Positions 55,666 to 61,310 of a stretch of DNA of 61,310 nt are shown in pieces (within the stretch, counting starts at the first letter, position 1; the number at the start of each line of letters is the position of its first letter). The stretch spans positions 1 through 61,310 of the IMG/VR virus record IMGVR_UViG_3300048895_000049; one strand, given 5' to 3'. This stretch comes from a virus (taxonomy: Duplodnaviria > Caudoviricetes). The notes under the pieces are model-generated. The model was not told the DNA's origin, did no database searches, and worked only from the letters and a program-made list of their open reading frames with translations. The position numbers were made by a program, and so were the translations under genes.

Positions 55666-55917
55666 CTACGTCAGCGGGACATTCCTGCCCTGCTGCGTCA
55701 AGGTAGACCGCGCGTCGCGCATTGTCTGCCGTAGTTCCCGGAGGGTTGCGAGGCGGCCCCTCAACTCATGGGCGTCTGCGTCGATACGCGCGCCGATCAG
55801 TCGCAGGGTGACGGCCTCGATCTCCGTCTCGAACATCGCGTCGACGTCACGCCACCTTGGGGTCTCCACAAGCTGCGCTAGGGCAGTGAGGGCGGCCGCA
55901 GTGGGCTTCGTCAACAT
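55666..55917 (-). CDS. Small head-region protein
   Basis: Between portal and scaffold. Confidence 0.6.
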   Translation of the reverse strand: MLTKPTAAALTALAQLVETPRWRDVDAMFETEIEAVTLRLIGARIDADAHELRGRLATLRELRQTMRDARSTLTQQGRNVPLT

Positions 55918-55960
55918 CTGCCGGACGATGGCGAGCACGCCCGTCGTTTGTCAATACGCC

Positions 55961-58207
55961 TCACTGTAGATCGGTGGTCGGAGCGCCATCCATCAACTGT
56001 TGGCCGTTACCCTGCGTCGCGCCGGGACCGGGCGGCGTGCCCCCCTGCATGCCGCCCTCGGCCGGGCTCCCGCCAGCGGGCGGCGCACCGGCCCCGCCCT
56101 GCGCGTTCATGGTCTCCTTGATCGCCAGCTTCTGGCGCAGCGTGTCGATGTCCGGCACCACCTTGTCGGTGTCCATCTGCAGGGTCTTCGCCGTCTCCCG
56201 CAGGACGGCGGCGCGGCCCTCGATGCCCATGATCTGCATGTCGACCGGGTTGGCGGTGGTGGCGAGGAACTCGGTGCGGCGAACCTGCGCGGCCTCGCGG
56301 GCGACGAGGTTCGAGGCTCCCTTGGCGACGATGGTCACGTCCCCCTTGAGTTCGGGGTCGGTCTCGTAGCGCATGTTGAAATAGTACAGGCGCTGCAGCA
56401 GCGGCTCCATGACGTTGAGGTCGATGTTCTTGATCACGCTGGTGATCATCTTCCCGGCGTTGCTCATCAACATCGAGAGGCCCGACGCTGTACGGCCCGC
56501 GCCGCCCGTCGAGGCGTCGCCGGTCATGTAGCGCGGGATGCCGCTGTACTCGTCGGCCATCACCGTGAACTTGTCGAACAGCGCCATCAGGTCGGGCAGC
56601 GTCGACTGCGGCTGGAAGAACCGGATCGGCGGGTCGGCGCTGGCCCCGCCCATCGGGTCGGAGTTCAGCTGCCAGATGCGCCACGGCTTCATCTGGGTGA
56701 TCTGCTCCCCGGGCGCGATGCGGTCGGTGAGGATGCCCACTTGCGGACCGCTGGACAGCGCGGCGTTGTTGATCATGTTCCGGGCGGCCGCGTTGCAGAT
56801 ATCCTGCGGGTCGCGCACGAGGTCGGCCACCGAGTTTCCCCAGAACGACCCCGGCACGCGTTCGTAGCTGGTCGCATAGTAGGGGCGACGGTTCAGCGGG
56901 TCTGGGTTGAGCGTAGCTTTGATCACGTAGGGGCCGATGCTCCACGCCTCGACCTCGTACTCCTTCGTCGCGTCCGGCACCTGAGCCGGGGTCATCCCCC
57001 AATCGCGCAGCAGGGAGCCCGGCACCGATCCCCAGAACTGCAGCGCGTCGATCAGGCCGTCCGGGTTCGAGGCCAGCGTGTAGCTGGGCTTCCCGGCCGC
57101 GTCCTCCTGATCGGTCTCGTCGTACAGCCACATGACCATGCCGCTGGTGCCGTAGTTATCCAGCACCATGTTGATCGCCCCGTCGTCGTAGCCGGGGACG
57201 CCCTTCATCTCCTGCAGGTCGCGGCGCGAGAGCTTGTGCTTCTCGATGAAGTCGCCGTCGTCCGGCGAGGTGGCGGCCGGGCTCGGATAGACCTTGAACG
57301 GATCGACCCGCTCCCACTCCTTGCAGAGTTTGATCTGCACCACCGGCGCACCGCCCGGACCCCACGTCAGGTAGGGCTTCATGCGGATCACCGGCCCCTT
57401 GAGGACGGCGGTCGGGAAGGTGGTCAGGTCGTTGACGAACTGGTCGAGCGCGTCGAGGAACCCGCCTTCGAGAAGCTGGTCCTCCATCTTCGTGGCCATG
57501 CGCTGGACCCGCTTGTCGGCCTCCTCGCGCACCGCCTCCATCGCCTGATCGCGCATCATCGAGATCATCTTGACGGTGGCCATCGGGTCGGGCGTCTCGC
57601 CGGTCCCGGCCGCCGCCGACATCATCTGCTCCTTGAGCGGACCCTTGGCGGCTTCGAGGATCAGGTCGTTGATCTCCGGGGGCAGGTCGGGGATCGGCGA
57701 AGCCTTGATCGACCACGGCCGGTCTTCGCCGGTGGTCATCATCACGTCCCTGATCCACGCCCCGGCCGCCCGGCACTTCTGCCCGGTGATCCCGGCGTAG
57801 ACCTCGCTGCCGCCCTCCTGCCGGATGGCCGCCAACTTGGTCGGCGTGTAGGTCGCGCGCCGCGCCCGCATGTTGTCGATCATGCGCTGCTCGATGTCGC
57901 CGTAGCGCTTGGCGTCGCGGGCGACGTTGAACTTGTGCTTGATGTGCCCGGCCAGCCCGGTGATCAGCGGGGCCGCCTGCCGCGCCTCGGCCTCGGCGCG
58001 CTCGTCGCTCTCGCGCTGCTGCAGCGCGCCGAGGCTCATGGCGCGCATGCCTGCGTTCTGGAGGACGACGACGTTACTGGACGGGACGACCGCGCCGGGC
58101 GCGGGCGCAGGCATCGGCGCGGACATGCCATAGGGGGCCGGACCGGAGGCTCCGGGGATTGGGCTGGGGGTGATGCCGCCGCCTCCGGGGGTCAAGCCGA
58201 TCGCCAT
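55961..58207 (-). CDS. Portal protein
   Basis: 748 aa after terminase; KMEDQL.EG, SFWG..D.Q..CNAAAR..NN. Confidence 0.85.
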   Translation of the reverse strand: MAIGLTPGGGGITPSPIPGASGPAPYGMSAPMPAPAPGAVVPSSNVVVLQNAGMRAMSLGALQQRESDERAEAEARQAAPLITGLAGHIKHKFNVARDAKRYGDIEQRMIDNMRARRATYTPTKLAAIRQEGGSEVYAGITGQKCRAAGAWIRDVMMTTGEDRPWSIKASPIPDLPPEINDLILEAAKGPLKEQMMSAAAGTGETPDPMATVKMISMMRDQAMEAVREEADKRVQRMATKMEDQLLEGGFLDALDQFVNDLTTFPTAVLKGPVIRMKPYLTWGPGGAPVVQIKLCKEWERVDPFKVYPSPAATSPDDGDFIEKHKLSRRDLQEMKGVPGYDDGAINMVLDNYGTSGMVMWLYDETDQEDAAGKPSYTLASNPDGLIDALQFWGSVPGSLLRDWGMTPAQVPDATKEYEVEAWSIGPYVIKATLNPDPLNRRPYYATSYERVPGSFWGNSVADLVRDPQDICNAAARNMINNAALSSGPQVGILTDRIAPGEQITQMKPWRIWQLNSDPMGGASADPPIRFFQPQSTLPDLMALFDKFTVMADEYSGIPRYMTGDASTGGAGRTASGLSMLMSNAGKMITSVIKNIDLNVMEPLLQRLYYFNMRYETDPELKGDVTIVAKGASNLVAREAAQVRRTEFLATTANPVDMQIMGIEGRAAVLRETAKTLQMDTDKVVPDIDTLRQKLAIKETMNAQGGAGAPPAGGSPAEGGMQGGTPPGPGATQGNGQQLMDGAPTTDLQ

Positions 58208-58217
58208 GGTCGCTCCC

Positions 58218-59630
58218 TCAGGTCCAGCCCGCTGCGTTCACCTGTAGCACCGGACGCGCCTGTTGCCGCGCATTGTACGCCCCGCCTTGGTCGGCGTCCG
58301 CATGCAGGCAGGCGTACTGGTCGGCGTCGGCGATGTGGCTGAGCGTGCCCTTCTCGGGGGCGTCCTCGGCCTCGCCGTTTTTCTTGAGCTTGTAGCGGTA
58401 GCCGCCCCGGTAGGCTTGGATCAGCACGCGTGCGCCTTCCGGGCACAGGAGACGGCCGGGGCCGCCGTCGATCTGCCGGTTGAGGAACTTCTCCACCGCG
58501 CCGATCCGCGCCGCCGTCACGTTGGTGCGCGCCGGAATAGCTTTCAGCCCCGACGCCCTGACCATTTCAAAACACGTCCGCTCGTCAGTCTGCGCCCTTG
58601 CCTGCCCTGCCGGGTCCCCCACAACCAGCACCGGGAAGCCGGGATACTTCGACGCCAGCAGGGGCTTGAGCTTGGAGTTGAGGAACCGCTCGATACCCAT
58701 GTTATCCGACGTGAGGGCGTCATAGGTGAGGAACCTCCCGCGCAGGTCCAGTTGGTTGACGGTGGCCGAGGGGTTGAGCCCGAAGTCCATGCCGATGATC
58801 AGCGGTCGGTCGGAGAGGCGGATCGGCAGCAGCTTGGACTTGGCGACGTGGAACTCGGACCGGAACGTCCGGTAGACCGGCAGGCCCGCGAGGCTCTTGC
58901 CGAACTTGGCGTGGATGTAGACGTCGATCCAGTCCTCGGATTTCCCCAGCATCAGGTTGGGGTAGTAGTCCTGCGGCAGGTACTCGAGCCAGTCGGCCTC
59001 GGGGCTCATGCCGCTCGGCTGGATGTAGACCCCGACGTTGGTCGGCGGATCGGAGAGCAGCGTCTCCCACGGCGTGTCGACATCGGGCGGGTTCGACGCG
59101 CCCCAGATGTGCTTGTTCTCGGTGCCGTCGTCCTTGACGCAGCCGACCCCATTGTCGAGCTTGGAGGGGTAGCGGCCGACGCGTCCCTGCAGCGCCTCGA
59201 ACACGGCCGGGCTGATCTCGCGGAACTCGTCGATGATCCCAAAGGACGTCTGCAACGACAGCAGTCGGCGGACGTCGTTCTGGTCGTCGAGGCCCCGGAA
59301 GGAGACCTCGCACTCGACGTTGCCGAAGCGCAGCAGGAACTTGAGGTCGGTGCGCAGGAAGTTGCCTGCCAGCCCATCGGGAAACCAGCGAAGGAAGTCC
59401 GGGATGGACGTGTCCTTCAACTGCTCGCGGGTGTTGCGCACCCACACGGCCTTCGAGCGTCGAACGCCGTCCCGACAGGGGGCCATCTGGGCAGCATGGT
59501 AGGCGATCTTCATGATCGCCGCCGTCGTCTTGGTAGACCCCACCGGCCCCACGATCAACTCGATGAACCTCTCGCCGAGGAAGAACGGCGTCACCGAGGG
59601 GACGGGCGTGAAGGTCAGGGTGTCGGTCAC
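58218..59630 (-). CDS. terL: Terminase large subunit
   Basis: GPVGSTKTT, IIDE, ASNPP, GMDFGLNP, GDPAG, SHIADA.QY. Confidence 0.92.
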   Translation of the reverse strand: MTDTLTFTPVPSVTPFFLGERFIELIVGPVGSTKTTAAIMKIAYHAAQMAPCRDGVRRSKAVWVRNTREQLKDTSIPDFLRWFPDGLAGNFLRTDLKFLLRFGNVECEVSFRGLDDQNDVRRLLSLQTSFGIIDEFREISPAVFEALQGRVGRYPSKLDNGVGCVKDDGTENKHIWGASNPPDVDTPWETLLSDPPTNVGVYIQPSGMSPEADWLEYLPQDYYPNLMLGKSEDWIDVYIHAKFGKSLAGLPVYRTFRSEFHVAKSKLLPIRLSDRPLIIGMDFGLNPSATVNQLDLRGRFLTYDALTSDNMGIERFLNSKLKPLLASKYPGFPVLVVGDPAGQARAQTDERTCFEMVRASGLKAIPARTNVTAARIGAVEKFLNRQIDGGPGRLLCPEGARVLIQAYRGGYRYKLKKNGEAEDAPEKGTLSHIADADQYACLHADADQGGAYNARQQARPVLQVNAAGWT

Positions 59631-59653
59631 ATCCGTGAGTTATCCACAGGTCC

Positions 59654-59687
59654 TGAAAACAAGCCACCCACGCTACGCGTGGGTGGC
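59654..59687 (-). terminator. Intrinsic terminator upstream of terL
   Basis: 11-bp stem GCCACCCACGC/GCGTGGGTGGC then TTGTTTT on - strand. Confidence 0.65.
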
Positions 59688-59722
59688 CGCCGTAGCCGTG
59701 GGGATGGCCACGGTCGCAGGGA

Positions 59723-60070
59723 TCAGCCCTGCAGGAACCTATGCCAGATGCCCTCCATCGAGGAGGTGTAGAGCGCGGCCACGCCTGCAGCTTGGGAAAT
59801 CCCTGTCGCACCGGCGATGCCGTTGATGGTCGCGCCACCGAACCCGAACACCTGACAGGCGGCCGCGCCATCGTTGAAGATCAGCACCGTGTCGCCGCCG
59901 AACGTCACCGGCAGCTTGACGCTGTCGGCGGCGGTGGCGACGGAGGCGACCCGCACGACCGGCTGGACGATCTGGACGGCGTTGGTCGCGCCGCCGCCGA
60001 CCGCTGCGGCCGGAATGTTCTGGCCCGGTCCGGGCGGGGCCATCTGGGTGGCGAAGGAAGCGAGACCCAT
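59723..60070 (-). CDS. Small beta-rich protein, possibly virion decoration
   Basis: AGGAG SD; VATAADSVKLP..N.GA...V..GGATING. Confidence 0.65.
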   Translation of the reverse strand: MGLASFATQMAPPGPGQNIPAAAVGGGATNAVQIVQPVVRVASVATAADSVKLPVTFGGDTVLIFNDGAAACQVFGFGGATINGIAGATGISQAAGVAALYTSSMEGIWHRFLQG

Positions 60071-60081
60071 CGGGAGAACTC

Positions 60082-60888
60082 CTAAGAGATCGGCGGCTTG
60101 GAGCCGGGCGTGATGGCCGCAGACGCTAGACCAACCTGATGCTGGGGGGAAGGGCCGGGTGTGGTGGGCACCGCCCCCATCGCGGCGGCCTGCGCAGCCG
60201 GGTTGCCGACCAGCGCCCCGAGGCCGGGATTGTTGGGCCGCAGGTCGAAGTCGCGGACCTTGAGGTTGGTGATGTAGGCCGGGGGCGGCGGCAGCGGGGC
60301 GGGCTTGGGCGCGGGCCGGTGCAGGTCGGGCGGCAGCGGACGCGGCGGCGCGGGCTCTGGCGCGGGTCCTGCGTAGGGGAGCGTGAAGCTGGGGGTGACG
60401 TCGATCGGATCGGGGGACGGCGCGGGCACGAGGCCGGTCGGCTGGGCGACGATGTTGGACCCGTTGACCTGAATGTTGATCTGGAAGCCGGTCCCCCCGT
60501 TCGACGCGGGCAGGGTGTTCAGCGGCTGCGGCTTGAGGCGGCCGATGTCGGTGAGTTGCTTGGCCACCTCGACGGTCAGCGGCGCGGCGATCGCGCCCAC
60601 CATGCTCTGCTGGAACAGGCGCGTCAGCAGGCTCTCGGCCATCATTGCGGCCTTGACCGTGAACAGCACGCCGGTGTCGTGGAACTCATGGCGCTTCTGG
60701 GCGACGAGGCGCTCGAACCACGGCTGCGCGGCCAAGTGCTCGTAGTCGACCTCGTCCACCCCATATCGTTCGGCGATATCGTGCGGGTGGTCCGCGCCCA
60801 TGGCGATCTCGGCCACCATCATCGGATCGTAGTGGGCGATCACCGAGAACTGCTCGGGGTCCGGCTGGAACGGGGCGTCGTCGGCCAT
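60082..60888 (-). CDS. Putative terminase small subunit
   Basis: N-terminal HTH-like DIAERYGV, GFQINIQV strand, position upstream of terL. Confidence 0.6.
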   Translation of the reverse strand: MADDAPFQPDPEQFSVIAHYDPMMVAEIAMGADHPHDIAERYGVDEVDYEHLAAQPWFERLVAQKRHEFHDTGVLFTVKAAMMAESLLTRLFQQSMVGAIAAPLTVEVAKQLTDIGRLKPQPLNTLPASNGGTGFQINIQVNGSNIVAQPTGLVPAPSPDPIDVTPSFTLPYAGPAPEPAPPRPLPPDLHRPAPKPAPLPPPPAYITNLKVRDFDLRPNNPGLGALVGNPAAQAAAMGAVPTTPGPSPQHQVGLASAAITPGSKPPIS

Positions 60889-60907
60889 GTGCCGGAACCT
60901 ACGCCAA

Positions 60908-60937
60908 GACCCCCGGAGGGGCTACCCTCCGGGGGTC
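60908..60937. repeat. 13-bp perfect inverted repeat
   Basis: GACCCCCGGAGGG-gcta-CCCTCCGGGGGTC. Confidence 0.6.
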
Positions 60938-61046
60938 AGGGGCTGGGGTAGAACCATCGCGGTGACAGACTGAACGGGGGGCGTCGTAACCTTCGCCGCG
61001 CTGGAGCCTCCTGAATGTAGGCTTAGGAGACGGGTTTGGAAAGAGG

Positions 61047-61283
61047 TCAGTCCCCGCCCTCGGGCTCGCCGAAGTCGATCTCGTCGTGGATGTCGACGCT
61101 GTCGTCGATCTGCGGCTCGGGGTCGGCCACGGCGGCGGTGGCCACGACCATCGCCTTGAAACGGAAGTCGTCCTTGAAGGCGTCGGGCTGTTCCTCCCAC
61201 GTCGGATGCAGCGGCAGGGTGTCCCCGAAGGTCACGTCGAACAAGGCGCGTGCGCCCGCTTCCACGTCTACTGTCACAGTCAT
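61047..61283 (-). CDS. Hypothetical protein
   Basis: GGAG SD. Confidence 0.6.
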   Translation of the reverse strand: MTVTVDVEAGARALFDVTFGDTLPLHPTWEEQPDAFKDDFRFKAMVVATAAVADPEPQIDDSVDIHDEIDFGEPEGGD

Positions 61284-61310
61284 TTTGGGTGCTCCAGACT
61301 TGAGGTCCGG

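Noticed and set aside
55925-55954. TTGACA on the - strand after the portal gene as a late promoter
   Set aside because: No convincing -10 element at the proper spacing
11157-59771. Long antisense ORFs (e.g. 11157..12635, 21547..23433, 56000..58342)
   Set aside because: Shadow frames of high-GC genes on the opposite strand

Overview
Most of the genome of a GC-rich tailed dsDNA phage with podovirus-like architecture, probably infecting an alphaproteobacterium (Caulobacter/Phenylobacterium/Sphingomonas-like; inferred from a PEPxxWA-CTERM protein and a KGG stress protein). The window starts mid-gene. The + strand (0.7-34.2 kb) carries early, accessory and replication genes: small hypotheticals, a host-like stress/secreted-protein island, an M20/M28 peptidase, a MoxR AAA + VWA module, family A DNA polymerase, Cas4-like and DEDDh nucleases, VRR-NUC, SNF2 helicase, an SSB-like protein, an HTH protein and a primase-DUF927 helicase. 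The - strand (34.2-61.3 kb) carries terminase, portal, scaffold, capsid, adaptor/tail genes and internal virion proteins, including a 2577-aa polyvalent protein. I recognised no integrase, lysis cassette, tRNA or CRISPR. Most notable: (1) six copies of a palindrome AATTGCT-N4-AGCAATW, some tied to duplicated sigma70 promoter cassettes and one directly upstream of an HTH gene; (2) a ~370-nt highly structured non-coding region upstream of an unannotated 25-aa hydrophobic peptide; (3) the 3.3-7.7 kb island of host-type stress and cell-surface genes. All product calls come from motif recognition by eye, not database searches.
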